Positions 49,480 to 62,949 of a stretch of DNA of 64,000 nt are shown one piece after another. The position numbers and the translations under genes are program-made. Within the stretch, counting starts at the first letter, position 1. The number at the start of each line of letters is the position of its first letter. Source of the DNA: Takakia lepidozioides (taxonomy: Eukaryota > Plantae > Bryophyta); contig CM060732.1 in NCBI GenBank assembly GCA_030704615.1, forward strand, positions 55,056,001-55,120,000, given 5' to 3'. The notes under the pieces are model-generated. The model had not been told where the DNA came from. It ran no database searches and saw nothing but the letters and a program-made list of their open reading frames with translations.

Positions 49480-51405
49480 CACATTGCTCGTTTCTACATG
49501 GTGCTCGTTCTACACTGCTCATTTTTCTACCGTGCTCGTTTACAAAAGCGGGCTAAATATAAGCAGTTATTGCAAGAAAGATGGCGGGCTCCACAAGAAA
49601 CGGGCTTGTATGTGAATCAATAAAGGAAGATGAAGAGAGGGCACCATGTAGAAACCAGTGTTGGGCGGTTCTTGCATTTGTGAAGGAACCTTCAGTTCCG
49701 GTTCCACAATTATTTCAAGAGACGGTTCCAAATCCAGTTTTGGTTCTTTTTATAGAGCCGGTTTCGGATCCAACTTTTAAACATGGGGGCGGTTCCGGTT
49801 ACCGGTTAGTTGCTGATAAAAACCACGGTTCCGGTTAGGTTCCGGTTTTCTAATATATATACAATTTAATTAGATTTAAAATATTTTATCAGTCCAGGAG
49901 ATTAAATAGCAATGTATTCACATATTTGAACTAAAATCCAACGATTTTATTAGTTTTCACTAACACCAATAAAAAAACAAACAAAAATACTCTAAATAAA
50001 CTGGTAGAAGAAAATGGGTAACATTTTATGGGTTGAAATTACTATTCAGCTATCTGGCAAGAATTGGTATCTTCTAACATTTTCATTAATGAGCTTAGCC
50101 AAGATATCATGGAGCTGGAGATTGAACCCAAGATCTCATGGCGTTGAAGCATTGAGCATAGAATGTCGTGGTCTTCAAGCATTGAACCCAGGATCTCATG
50201 GAGCTTGAGAGCATTAAGGAAGTTTTGCCACATTGGGGCCACCAGCTCTCCAGGGTTATGCCATCTTATGCCAAGGGCCTACCAAGGGTTAAAGAACCTG
50301 AACCTGTTTTTCTCCAGTTCCACACCCAGCAGGAACTGTCGGTTCAGTTCTGTGCCGATCCCCATTGGCAGGTTCCGGGTCCGGGTCAGGTTCTGCATGA
50401 ATGGGCCCTGTTCTCCGCTCCGGTTCCGGTTAACCTGGGTCCCGACGCCCAACACTGGTAGAAACAAGCACAATCTGTAAACGAGCACCATGTAGAAACG
50501 AGCACAGTAGGTAAATGAGCACCATTCCTTATTCTCCTGAGACATCTAATTGCTCGGGTGTCATAATGATAGTGTCTGTATTCCATGGCTCATCCACGAT
50601 GAGTTCGATCATAGCTTCCCAAGTTTACACGTCGACATGTTATCCGGACTAGATTTGCCATAGAGGACGTCATAGGAATATCAAGTGCATGTGAGGGCTC
50701 ATGCTGATTCCCTCATGGACGTCATAGGAATATCGGGTCCCATGCTCCTATGAGATTTCATTCGTCCCTGTTCATCCATTACCTTCCTGTGGATGAAGGT
50801 TATTTCATCCAAAAGACATCAGCGTGGGAGCGTGGCCTTGCTGTCTTCTTCCTTTTGGATTTTCCCTCACCCTCGCTCGTTCTCTTATGTCTTATGTGTT
50901 TAAGGTTCCATATATCCCTGCTGAAATCCGTGATTTCTCATTGCGTTCCTTCAACTTCTGCTGTCTCTTTCCAACATGCTATGTAACCTGGGATTTCTCC
51001 ACGGTGCTTGTTTCTATAGTGCTTGTTTTTACACAGTGCTCGTTTCTACATGGTGCTCGTTCTACACTGCTCGTTTTTCTATGGTGCTCATTTCTACACG
51101 GTGCTCTTTTCATATTGTGCTCGTTTTTACATGGTGCTCATTTCTCGTTCGTTTCTACACGATGCTCATTCTACACTGCTCATTTACATACGGTGCTCGT
51201 TTCTACATGGTATTCATTTCTCATTCATTTCTACACGGTGCTCGTTTCTCGTTTGTTTCTACACTTTGCTGGTTTCTACACGGTGCTCGTTTCTACACTG
51301 CTCGTTTACATACGGTGCTCGTTTACATACGGTGCTCGTTTACATATTGTGCTCGTTTCTACACAGTATTCATTTACCGTTGATTTGTATACGGTGCTCG
51401 TTTAA
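49480..51405. repeat. ~16-17-bp minisatellite GGTGCTCGTTTCTACAC in both orientations
   Basis: Forward copies at 49480-49545 and ~50995-51405. Reverse copies (GTAGAAACGAGCACC) at ~49640-49655 and 50458-50525. Confidence 0.9.
49656..50457. mobile_element. hAT-family MITE (802 bp)
   Basis: Perfect 12-bp TIR CAGTGTTGGGCG/CGCCCAACACTG. 8-bp TSD GTAGAAAC on both sides. Subterminal CCGGTT/AACCGG repeats. Confidence 0.93.
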
Positions 51406-51949
51406 AACAATGCTCATGCGGTTCACATCATTCAGACTCGACCCTTTTTGGCTCCATCAACATGCACAAGCAAGCAAACTTTACAGATTGCATTATCTTT
51501 TTGTGACTTCCTATTCAAGTAGGCACACTGGGGAACGGGCAATGACTAGTGCCAACAAACGCCCATTAGACTATTTAAGTAGCAGTTGGGGGCAAATTCA
51601 CTGAATTAGGTGGTACCAGATATCCAGCACTAATGCCTGAGATCTTTACACCATAAGAGTGATAAGACAAACTGCGATAAAAAACAATGAGATCGACGCC
51701 TTACTAGTTCTATTGCTACCGCTTCCGAATTATTTCTCAAATCAACCGGCAGGAGACAGCACCACACAGCACTGGCTGATCCGCACATTGACATCAAACA
51801 TTGGCAATTCAAGGTGAACAAGTTCAACACCCAAAGCAAGATAAAATCATAATCCTTGCAGTTGTCCTTACCTAAAGACTGATCTCCTCCACACTTCCAG
51901 ATCTCCTAGGGAACTCGTGGATGACTATGTGATGGACATTGAATGATAA

Positions 51950-54110
51950 CAACTAAATTGGAGAAATGAGAAGATTATTCTGGACATCTAGGGAAGCTCT
52001 ATTGAGTGAAAGATTATTGGGTGAAAGATATTGGCGTGACCGAATTGTAACGTAAACGGCTGCCGGAGGCATATTGGACTTTGGATGCATGGAATGGTTG
52101 ACTGTGTTTTCCAGTTAATGATTTGCAGAAACCAACGGGTTTGGATTGAGGATGTATATTTCAACTTTGAGAGGACTTTTCCATTCCTGACACCGCACAA
52201 TTCTTTCATCCCTTGGGTTCTTAGGTTAATTTTTGTACTTTTGTCATGCCCCATGGCCCAATCGTTTTTTTTTAATGGGGCAGATTCGTTTCGTGATGAT
52301 AAACATGGCTCAATGGCTCAATAAGGAAGAACACGAATTGGTGGTGTTGATTGCCCTTAAAAAACAACAAACACTTGAATTGAAGAATTGTAAGCATTGT
52401 AAAATGCTCCCCAAAGACTTTTGGATGCATTGAATGGTTGACCATGTTTTGCCGTTAATGATTTGTAGAAACCGACGTGTGTGTGGATTAAGGATTTATA
52501 TTTCGAATTGGAGAACACTTTCTCAACTTTGACGCAATCTGAGGTTCTTCCCTCCCTTTGGATCCTTATGTTTTTTCTCTGTACTTTTGTCGTGCCCAAT
52601 TGCCCAATGATTTGAATGGGGCAGGATTCGTTTCGAGATGTTTTGCGATATAAACCCGGTTCAACAAGGAAGAATATGGATTGGTGGTGTTGAGTTGCCT
52701 TCAATTTAAACAACAAACAATTAAATTGGAGAAATACAAAGAGTATTCTGGAATGACTGCGGAAGTTGTATTGAGTGAAGGAGTATTGGTTAAAAGATAG
52801 TGGTCATGACCGATTTGTAATGCAAATGTCTGCCAAAGGCATATGGGACTTTGGATTGAGTATGTTTTGCAATTAATGATTTGCAGGAACCAACATATGT
52901 GTGGATTAAGGATTTATATTTCAAATTGGAGAGGACTTTCTCAACTCTGACACAATCCGAGGTTTGTTCCTCCCTTTGGATCCTCACGTTTTTTCTCTAT
53001 ACTTTTGTCATGCCCAATTGCCCAATTATTTAAGGGTGAAAAAGTTGTAGGCCTAAAGTTGCCAATGAATAGTGGATGAAAAGACTAAACTGATGATCCG
53101 CCATAGCCACAGCTGACTCCTCTTTCCAAGTTGAAGATTCACATGATTTCCTTCTACAAAATTGGTTGACATTATTGAAAACTAATGTCAAATTTATACA
53201 TCAAACATATGTAGGAGGATCCTTCTGGTGGCCAATAGACATAGAATTGAACTGATAATTTCAAAAATGTAATAGACATTCTTCCTCATAGATTGTCCTC
53301 GAATCAGTTTCGAATGTCATACCTAAAGAAAAGCTAGACCCAAAGATCAAAATTTATAAGATATCTGTCTGATCCAAATTACACAAAAATTATCTTGGCA
53401 CACGACTCTCCAACCCAAAACAAAACAAAAAAACAAAAAAGTTTCTAGGATCCGTAAACTTTTGCTTCATAACTAGCAATACATCAAAACCCTCTCAGTA
53501 TGGGTGGTGATAGAAAGTGTGTGGCGGAGTCCAATTAGAAGCACACGGATTCTGTTCATCGTTCGGTGTTGCTTGTAAAAAAGGAGTGGTTGCTTGCAGC
53601 GGCTCCTTGCAAGGTTGATGCAGATGCCCATAGATGATGCACAAGATCCACCCAGTTGTCCTCATCAAACGTTGCACTACTAGGGCATAATTCGTTTCGA
53701 GATGATAAACATGGTTCGATAAGGAAGAAAATGAATCGGTGGTGTTGAATCTCCGTCAGAAACAACAATCAACTGAATTCGAGCAATGAGAAGAAAATTT
53801 TGGAAATTCTACGAAAGCATTGTTGCCTAAAGGATTAATATTGGGTGAATAATAATGGTCGAAATCAAATTGTAGTGTAAAAGTTGGTAATGTAAACAGT
53901 TGTCAGAGGCATATTGGACTTGGGATGCGTGGACTAGTTAATTAATATATTTTGCAGTTAATGGTTTGCAGCAACCGACGTGTTTGTGGATTGAGGGATT
54001 ATTTTGAATCGGAGGGAACTTTCACGCAATCCGAGGTTCGTTCATCATAGCCTAGATCCTTAAGATTTTTCTCTATACTTTTGTCATGCCCAATTGCACA
54101 ATTGCCCAAT
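51950..54110 (+). repeat. Four degenerate ~300-400-bp direct repeats
   Basis: The shared blocks GGACTTTGGAT..TTAATGATTTGCAGAAACC..GTGGATTAAGGATTTATATTTC..TACTTTTGTCATGCCC recur near 52080, 52420, 52850 and 53920. Confidence 0.8.
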
Positions 54111-54885
54111 TGCCCAAACATCTTTGCCTCAATGTTGAAGAAAGCCTTCTCCGAGTCCACATGTTTGAATTTCTCATGTATGAATCTCTTCCTCAATCTC
54201 TTTAGGTTTTGTTGAGTACACATATGGAGGAAAAATCCAAGACTACCAAGAAGATATTACTGCCGACACTTGCATGGAGATGATGGACCACTTGGGTGTC
54301 AATTATGACATCCCAAAGAAGTCTCATTGCATCAACATTATCAAGGATGTTAATGCAATATTTGCATCATTGCGTACAAGCGTTACGAGTCATTGCTCCT
54401 ACTCGTCATGGAAAAATTGTAAAGTCACTATTGGAGCTCGAGAGTTTACTACTCCAAGAGGTCTGGGCATAATGCAGAAGAACAAGTCAACTGATTTGTT
54501 GCATCTGATTTGTGACCTCATGATCGTGACATTGGGCTCAAAGCTACTCTCACAGTGCGAGTCACGAGTATCTACCAAAAAGATGAGTCGATTGACTCTC
54601 ATCTTGGGCATGACCGACTCCTCATGTAAGTTCTCATAATTATGAAGTATCATGATATCTTTGATTATATTGACCTTTGAATGTATGCTTTTCTAGAATT
54701 TGGCTAGAAGTTGAGTTTTTTTGTTTGTTAACAGCTAATATTGTTGCGTACGCCGACGTGGTGTCTAGCTCGCGCTCTCAATAATTTGGAGCTGTTTCAG
54801 GGTTTGGTATTGTGCGTGAGGTGTGCTTGATTGATGGCGTGATGAGATAGTTACACCACAAAGGGAAAGAGAAAGTAACACCAAC

Positions 54886-55036
54886 TGGGGGCTATCATTG
54901 TTGGGACATACATCTAATACGAGGGGATTTTGGTGCGATTGGACGGGCTGGGGGCCATCATTATTGGGACATACATCTAATAGGGGGGATTTTGGTGTGA
55001 TCGGACGGGCCGGGGGGCATCATTGTTGGGACATAC
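54886..55036 (+). repeat. ~62-bp tandem repeat, 2.5 copies
   Basis: GGGGGC..CATTGTTGGGACATACA.. occurs three times. Confidence 0.85.
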
Positions 55037-56689
55037 AACTTCTGTCTTGTTTCAGCAGCTTGGTTCTCCTGAGCTAGGCCTGCTCTTTCTCTCAAAGGCA
55101 GGCTGCAGCATTTTTGTTCTCAAAGCAACTCTTTGGCAGTGCTTAGTTATTGCAACATTATCTGTTGCTTCATACTTTTTTCAACCTCTAGAACATGGCT
55201 TACTGATCTCTCAGGGTTCTAGCATGGTTAGTTTCAAGCTTTCCCTGGATGGCTGTTCAGGGTTGTACCCAATCTTTCCATAGATGTAAGCCTTATGGCC
55301 TCCTGTCCTGGTTATTTTTTCCAGGACATCTTTTAATATGAATTCGTAAGTTTTTCCAAAAAATAAAAAAAAATAAAAAAATGGAATCTCCCCTAATTTG
55401 GGGTTGTGCATCTGGTAGGTAGGGATGACTTCGTATGGTTCATCCACGTGGATGAAAGGGAGTAGGCAGGCTGACGTGTGAGGGTTAGTCCCAGTTTGTC
55501 CCAAAAGAGGTCTCGTCGCTGAGGGGTTAAAAAATTGTAATACCCGACCAACACTGGAAAGAACCCAATTTAATAAAATGAGCAAGTAAGTCACTTTTGG
55601 TACCAACATATGGTTTTTATTGACCTACCTACCTATAAAAAGAAAAAGAAAAAAAGCCCATGTAATCAACTGACTATCATCCACAACCCCAACTACATCA
55701 TCTTCAGCCCCCACTAAATCAACCATTAATGCTTTTCGATCAACCACCAGTACTTCTAGATGAATTATTGAGGGTTGATTTAATGGTTTGTCAATAAGTA
55801 TGTTGTGCACAAGTAGGTTGTGCAAACAACTAGGTTGATTTATTGAGAGATGACATGGTTATATGACAATTTTTATGTATATCAAATGACCATTAACCCC
55901 TAAGGCCCCGCAATTGGGCAAATTTCACCTCCCCCCAAAAAAGTGACCTCTGACTAGCCTTCCAAAATCTTGTTCAGATTCACCTTGGCTACCATGTACA
56001 TTCCACTAAGCAAATTGTGGAGAAATTCACCATACAACAAGAGAGATTTTAGTATTTTAGTGGGGTTTTTATTTTATTTTGCAAAGTACAGTGACACGGG
56101 TTGATTTTTCTTGCTTGTCCCTTCCACATAGTAATGTGGTAAGGAATCGTAGCCAACTAGCCAACTACTGTGAAAATTTCAAGCCAAACAACATTTGTTT
56201 TATTAGGGTTTTACGTATGTGCTTGAGGAGGGGGGTCAAAATTATCTCCATAGCTTATAAATTCAAGGTGAGCCCATTCCAAAAATTGACTCATTGATAA
56301 TGAGATGTTTCACTCAATCCCGTCGGCGAGGGTGTGGAATACACTACAATAGTGAGCCTGGCCAAAAACAATTCTAGATCCTAACGGTATAATTTGTAAA
56401 AGTTGTCACCCTAGTGAGTCCATCCGTCAACTCTACACCCCTCTTGCATGCTTCAATTTCATGACCCCTGCGTTTCTTAAGGAAGATAATAGGAATAATG
56501 TAAGAACTTAATGCAAGCGCGTCAGGACGGTCCAACCCTGACACCCGTACGCCTCCGGCAGACATCGAAAGGCAGCCGGCTGGCTCGGTCAATCCCTCCC
56601 CACCCCCGCCCTCATCCCATTGGCGTCGTCGCCCTAGGCGCGTCGTCGTTCTGCGACACCAGTCTGCCGCTTCCAGCAGTCCGCCAGTT

Positions 56690-59340
56690 CCCTGTAACCC
56701 CGCCCCGGGTTCAACCATCACCCCCATGTAACCCTCTGTAACTCCGCCGAGTGTAACCCACACCACCATGTAACCCTCTGTAACCCATATAACCCCATGA
56801 CCCTCTGTAACCCTCACACAGTAACCCTCTGTAACCCATGTAACCCTCTATAACACCGCAGAGTGTCACCCCCACCCCTATGTAACCCTCACTACATGTA
56901 AACAACACGCAGTAACCCTATGTAACCCTTTGAGTGTAACCCTCACTCCATGTAACCCTTTGTAACCCTTTGTAACCCATGTAATCCTCTGTGACCCTTT
57001 GTAAACCATGTAACCCTCTGTGACCCTTTGTAACCCTCACCACCATGTAACCCTCTGTAACACCGCAGAGTGTCACCCTCACCCGTATGTAACCCTCACT
57101 CCATGTAACCCTCTCTGACCCTCTATAACCCTCACCACCAAGTAACCCTCTGTAACCCATGTACCCTTTGTGACCCTCTATATCCCTCATCAGGTGTAAT
57201 CCTTACCACCATGTAACCCTCTGTAACCCGCAGAGTGTCACCCTCGCCACCATGTAACCCTCCGTAACCCTCACAAACCCTTTGTGACACCGCAGAGTGT
57301 CACCCTCATCCCATATCACCCTCGCTCCATGTAACCCTCACAAACCCTCTGTGGCTCTGTAACCCATGTAACCCTCTGTAACACCGCAGAGTGTCGCCCT
57401 CACCCCTTATGTAACCCTCACTCCATGTAACCCTATGTAACCCATGTAACCCTCTGTGACCCTTTGTAACCCTCACCACCATGTAACCCTCTGTAACACC
57501 ACAGAGTGTCACCCTCGCCCGTATGTAACCCTCACTCCATGTAACCCTCTCTGACCCTCTGTAACCCTCACCACCATGTAACCCTCTGTGACCCTCTATA
57601 TCCCTCACCAGGTGGTAACCCTTACTACCCATGTAACCCCTGTAAACACCGCAGAGTGTCACCCTCGCCACCATGTAACCCTCTGTAACCCTCACAAACC
57701 CTCTATGACACCGCAGAGTGTCACCCCTCATCCATGTCACCCTCACTCCATGTAACCCCTCACAAACCTCTGTGGCTCTGTAACCTGTAACCCCTCACCA
57801 CCATGTAACCCTCTTGTTGTAACACCGCAGAGTGTCACCCTCACCTGTATGTAACCCTCACTCCATGTAACCCTTTGACCCTCTGTAACCCTCACCACCA
57901 TGTAACCTCTGTGACCTTCTATATCCCTCACCAGGTGTAACCCTTACCACCATGTAACCCTCTGTAACACCGCAGAGTGTCACCCTCGCCCCCATGTAAC
58001 CCTCTGAACCCTCACAACCCCTCTATGACACCGCAGAGTGTCACCCTCATCCCATGTCACCCTCACTCCATGTAACCCTCACAAACCTCTCTGTGGCTCT
58101 GTAACCCATTTAACCCTCACCACCATGTAACCCTCTGTAACACCGCGCAGAGTGTCACCCTCACCCGTATGTAACCCTCACTCCATGTAAACCCTCTTGA
58201 CCCTCTGTAACCCTCACCACCATGTAACCCTCTATGACCCTCTACCCTCACCAGGGTAACCCTTACCCACCATGTAACCCTCTGTAACCACAGAGTGTCA
58301 CCACTCGCCACCATGTAATCACTGTCACCCTCATCCCCATGTAACTCTCACAAACCCTCTGTGGCTCTGTAACCCTCCACACCGCGGTGTTGTCACCCTC
58401 ACCCCTTATGTAACCCTATAACCCATGTAACCCCTGTGACCCTTTTGTAACCCTCACCACCATGTAACCCTCTGTAACACCGCAGAATGTCACCCTCACC
58501 CCTATGTAATCCTCACTCCATGTAACCCTCTCTGACCCTCTGTAACCCTCTGTAACCCATGTAACCCTTGTGACCCTCTATATCCCTCACTAGGTAACCC
58601 TTACCACCATGTAACCCTCTGTAACACCGCAGAGTGTCACCCCCATCCCTATGCATCCCTCACTAACCTTGTAACCCCATGTAACCCCATGTAACCCTCT
58701 CCATGTAACCCTCTGACCCTCTATAACCCATGTAACCCCGTATGTGTTCTATACCCCCACCCTCACCAGGTGTAACCCACCACATGTAACCCTCTGTAAC
58801 ACCGTAGAGTGTCACCCTCACCCCTGTGTAACCTCACTCCATGTAACCCTCCCTCTGTGACCTCTGTACCCTCTGTAACCTCACCCCTCACCACCATGTA
58901 ACCCTCCGTAACCCTGTAACACCGCTGAGTGTCACCCTCACTCCATGTAACCCTCCCATGTAACCCTCTCTGTAACCCATGTAACCCATGACCCTCTGTA
59001 ACCCTTTGTAACCCATGTAACCCTCTGTTACTCGCGGGTGTAACCCTCACTCCATGTTATCCTGCATCGTGTAACCCCAATGTAAGCTTGTATCATGTTA
59101 TCCCATATACCCCTCTCCGTGTAACTCCAGTTCCTCGTAACCCCATCATCCCTGTAACCCTCTGCACGTCAGCCCTTTAGCTCCGCCTCGTGTAACCCTC
59201 ATTGTGCAACTCTCACATTGTAACCCCACCATGTAACCCCGATACTGTATCAATCCCCTCCGTGTAACCCCCGATTGTGTCATTCATAGCTCGTGTCACC
59301 CGGATCCTTTATCCCCAACGCATGTCACCCCTGTTCGTGT
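56690..59340 (+). repeat. Complex minisatellite built on TGTAACCC with higher-order ~320-420-bp units
   Basis: Dense TGTAACCC/TGTCACCC cores. The marker TATCCCTCACCAGG recurs at ~57181, 57599, 57922, 58243 and 58581. Confidence 0.95.
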
Positions 59341-59566
59341 AGCCCCTTGGTGCCCGGCAAAAATTGGCGGGCTCCAAGAGGTGTCAGATATTTTGAATTC
59401 AAACCTGGGTTACACGATTCGGTGACATCAAAACCCACGTGTAACTCCATCATCATCGCTCGTCATTTTCACCAGGTGCGTAGACGACGTGCAGTCCCGA
59501 GGGCTCCGCTGCGTTGCCGCGTGTTTTATGCGATTTGTACTGTACTGGTGGTACTGTTGCTGCTAA

Positions 59567-62500
59567 TGGCATGTGCTGCCGCGCGAAGGTGCTAGACGAG
59601 GAACGCAAAGCAGCATTGGAATCAAATGGTTTGAAAGATGAGGCGGGAGAACTCTGTCATTTGCAGCATTTGGTATCTCATTTGAAATGCATCCTACAGC
59701 TGCCCATAGACGGGCTTTTCAATCACACAAACCTCCGTTGGATACGCCAGGTTTCCCAGGGAAAAAGGGAAACGGATATCCATCGAAGTAGCTGTCGTTC
59801 CATGGTCTCGCATTCCCTGATTTTCTGGAGGGAGAAAGGAGTAGAGTGGATGGGAAGACCCAATTTTATGTTCAAGATCGAAGGTACCGTGAGTTGCCAG
59901 ATTTGACAACACCCGCGTGCAAACAGTTATCGTCAGTGGCATAAGTAAGTCACTTATGAGGGTTGTATAACATTCCCAGCCCCACTTCTTTGCTAGCCTA
60001 GCAAAGTCGTATATGGCGATAACCCTCCTCGCTTTATATGCTTTTTTTGCAGGTACCACTGCTGCTACGGCCCGATAGATAGGCGCACGGACCCGCCGAT
60101 TGTGAAGAAGAAAGAAAAACCGATAGCAGCCTCCGATAATCAAAAACCAGTCAAGCGAATCAGACGTAAGGCAGCGGATTTCGGAGAGTCATACAAACGT
60201 GGGTGTACGTGTAGCTTCAAAGTTGGCCAGTGTTTTCTAGATTCAGATTCAATGACAGAAACCCCATTTCTCTTCCCATTTCTCGCGATTCGTGCATGCC
60301 CCTCGTCTCAGCCAAGATATGAAACAGTGGATCGTCGATAGTCTTCGCAGTGGCCTATCTCCAGCTATGATTATGACACAACACACACACTCAACAGCTC
60401 CAGGAAGCTTGTGCGTCTCAGCCAGGCATGGAGTGGAGTCGCGATTGTTTCTTGTTCGAGTACGACGTGAGAAACATTGCCGACAAGCTTGCGATTGAGA
60501 GTTACAAAAAACATCCAGATGATGCACAAAGTGTACGTATGTGGGTCAATAGCAATCCTGAAAGCGTCTTCTTCTACCATGAAGAGACAGCGCCAGTGGC
60601 GGGTGATTTGAAGTTCGTAATTGGAATACAAACGGAGTGGCAAAAACAGAAAATGATCGACTGGGACACAACCGTGTGGTATCCTGCGATGCAACATTTG
60701 GGACCAACGAAAATAAGGTATTCGTGTCACGCTTTACCTTTCATTGCATTCTGAAATGTGAGTGCCATGCAACTGTTGCCAATATTTAACGCTCACCTTA
60801 TTCATTTTTGTACCATTGCGACATTGCAGTTCCCAATGTATACCATGATGGTGTTCGACGAATGGCTCAACGGCATACCTGTTGCTTATATTATATCAGC
60901 GAGAAACAAAACGACTGACTTGAGCCCCTGGATGAAACTTCTTCGCGACCGACTTCTTCAGAGCAAACCAGATTGGAGGCCAAATGCTTTTGTTGTCGAC
61001 GATGCAGACGCAGAAATCAATGCTATCAGGTACGGCTAGAAGTTACAATGTTCTGAGTCACACTACACACTACAAGTTGCATGCACGAGGGGTTTCATGG
61101 ATCGGGCTACACTGCTGCTAGTTACACTGAGAATCACAGTAAGAGTTAAACTGCCAGTTACACGAGGGGGTGCATTGCTGCCTGTAACACTTGGAGTTAC
61201 ACTGTCAGTTGCTCGAGGGGTTACATGGATTGGGTTGCAGTGCTGTCTATTACACTGAGGGTTACACTATCAGTTAGACAGATGGTTATACTGCCTTGAG
61301 TTGGACGGAGGGTTACACTGCTGTGAGTTAGACCGAGGGTTACACTGCTATGAGGTAGACAGAGGGTTACACTGCGAGTTACACTGGGAGTTACACGGCG
61401 TGTCATCCGCAGTCCTGCATGGATTAGGTTGCACTGCTATAGCATGTGAGTTACACTGGGAGCATCGCAGAGGGTTGTATGGGTTGGGTCGCTCTGAGAG
61501 TTACACGTGTAATTGCGGGCGCGCGCTGCGAGGGGTTATATGTGTTGGGTTACACTGCTGTGAGTTTCACTGATAGTTACATGACCAGATGCACGAGGGG
61601 TTACATGAGTCACACTAAGAGTGACACTTTGAAGAGTTACACTTCTACGAGTTACACTGCGAAGAGTTCCTCTGATAAGAGTTACACTGACAAGAGTTAC
61701 ACTGATGGATTGGGTGGCATTTGATGTGTGTGCGTGCAGGGAATCGTTTGGGGACGTAGCAATATTCTATGCCTTTGCATGTTCGCCGCGCTTGGCTGAA
61801 ACATTCGTGGCGTAAGATGCCCGATCCATACACTCGCAATGCTGTTTTGAAACAGCTTGGCGACGTAATGTACGGCATTAACGCCTGTGTGGGAGTCACC
61901 CCAGAAGAGTGGGCGCTGGAGCGACTGGAAGATTTGAATTATTCCTATCCGCTGCGCGTGACTTCCTACGTTACATCAGAATGGAATGGGTCCCAAAACT
62001 GAGCATGTGGATCACGGGGGCTCGTTATATTCCCCACGCAAGTCAGGATACTAATGCCGCAATTGAATCTTGGCACGGAAATTTGAAGGCTCGTTTACGC
62101 TCGGGAAAGCAAAGGCTTGATGGCAGGAGAATCGATTGGCTGATCAGCGAACTCGTGGGTCCTGTTCTAACCCCACTATTGGTATAGAGATAACTTGAAA
62201 TCGAAAGGCTTCAAAAGGAATGTACGACAGGAGGAATTTATCAGTAATGTTGTTTGGACTGCAAGGGAGATCCCTGATGTCAATGTTCATTTGCCCACTG
62301 TTCCTGGTCATCCGGCGATTGTGGATAGTGTTCTTCGGTCGTCTGGGCTTGTTGCGATTGTCCATGGGCTTTGAAGGGTAACTTGTGCAAACATCAATCC
62401 GCGTTCTTCAATTGATGAAGCCAATCTGAAGGAAGGGCTTATTGTGAAGCTCTGTGGCACAAAGCTCGGGACCATTCATGGAGGTCTTCACATGTTGATG

Positions 62501-62834
62501 AAATCGGAACTTCCAGATATTGATGCAGAGGAGGAAGTTGTGAATCTAGCAGAGCCTACGGAGTGCTCAGCATCATCCCCGCGTGGTCGGCAGGAGCCAT
62601 CGTTTTCAATCAATTGAATCTGAGATGAAGTCCCTGTCGCTTCTTGGCAATGAGAGTGAAACAATGCGCAAACATTTGCTTGCCGAGCTTCGTTGTGTTC
62701 GTGGGAGGCTGTCCACTTTACAAGTTAGAATCGACAAAGGTCTGTTGCACCCTCTTCAAGTTCCATTCATAAAAAATGATGATGGAAAACATGTCCCTTG
62801 CCAGGAAAGTAGATTTTGTAGACCGGTTCCGTAG
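59567..62834 (+). pseudogene. MULE-type transposase/SWIM zinc-finger gene related to the plant At1g60560/At4g13970 family; frameshifted
   Basis: Reads ILQLP..L.W, YHCCYGP, KRGCTCSFKV, HAPRLS, SRDCFL..DVRNI, DDAQSVRMWV..VFFY, FVIGIQTEWQ, CDATFGTN (D), FVVDDADAEINAI (D), HVRRAWLK, SQDTNAAIESWH (E), RRIDWLI and CDC..CKH (SWIM). Introns include 60718-60829 and 61030-61739. Confidence 0.85.
61080..61710 (-). repeat. Intronic GGGTTACAC/GAGTTACAC repeats (reverse orientation of the TGTAACCC array)
   Basis: Many GTTACAC cores inside the 61030-61739 intron. Confidence 0.85.
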
Positions 62835-62949
62835 TAAGTGACCATTGAGTCCATTGGCAATGACACTTACTTTGTGATCACCAAGTTTAATATGAAGTAC
62901 ATGTCTGTTCATGGGTTGTTATTCACTTTGCCATTCCATCCACATTCAA

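Noticed and set aside
50824-51604. Long hydrophobic ORFs (193 aa)
   Set aside because: Translations of the GGTGCTCGTTTCTACAC minisatellite.
54110-54660. Coding-like stretch on the minus strand
   Set aside because: Interrupted by stops and has no recognisable motif.
56690-59340. True telomere or interstitial telomeric repeat; ORFs within the array
   Set aside because: The unit is a complex TGTAACCC minisatellite, not tandem TTTAGGG/TTAGGG. The ORFs are repeat translation artefacts.
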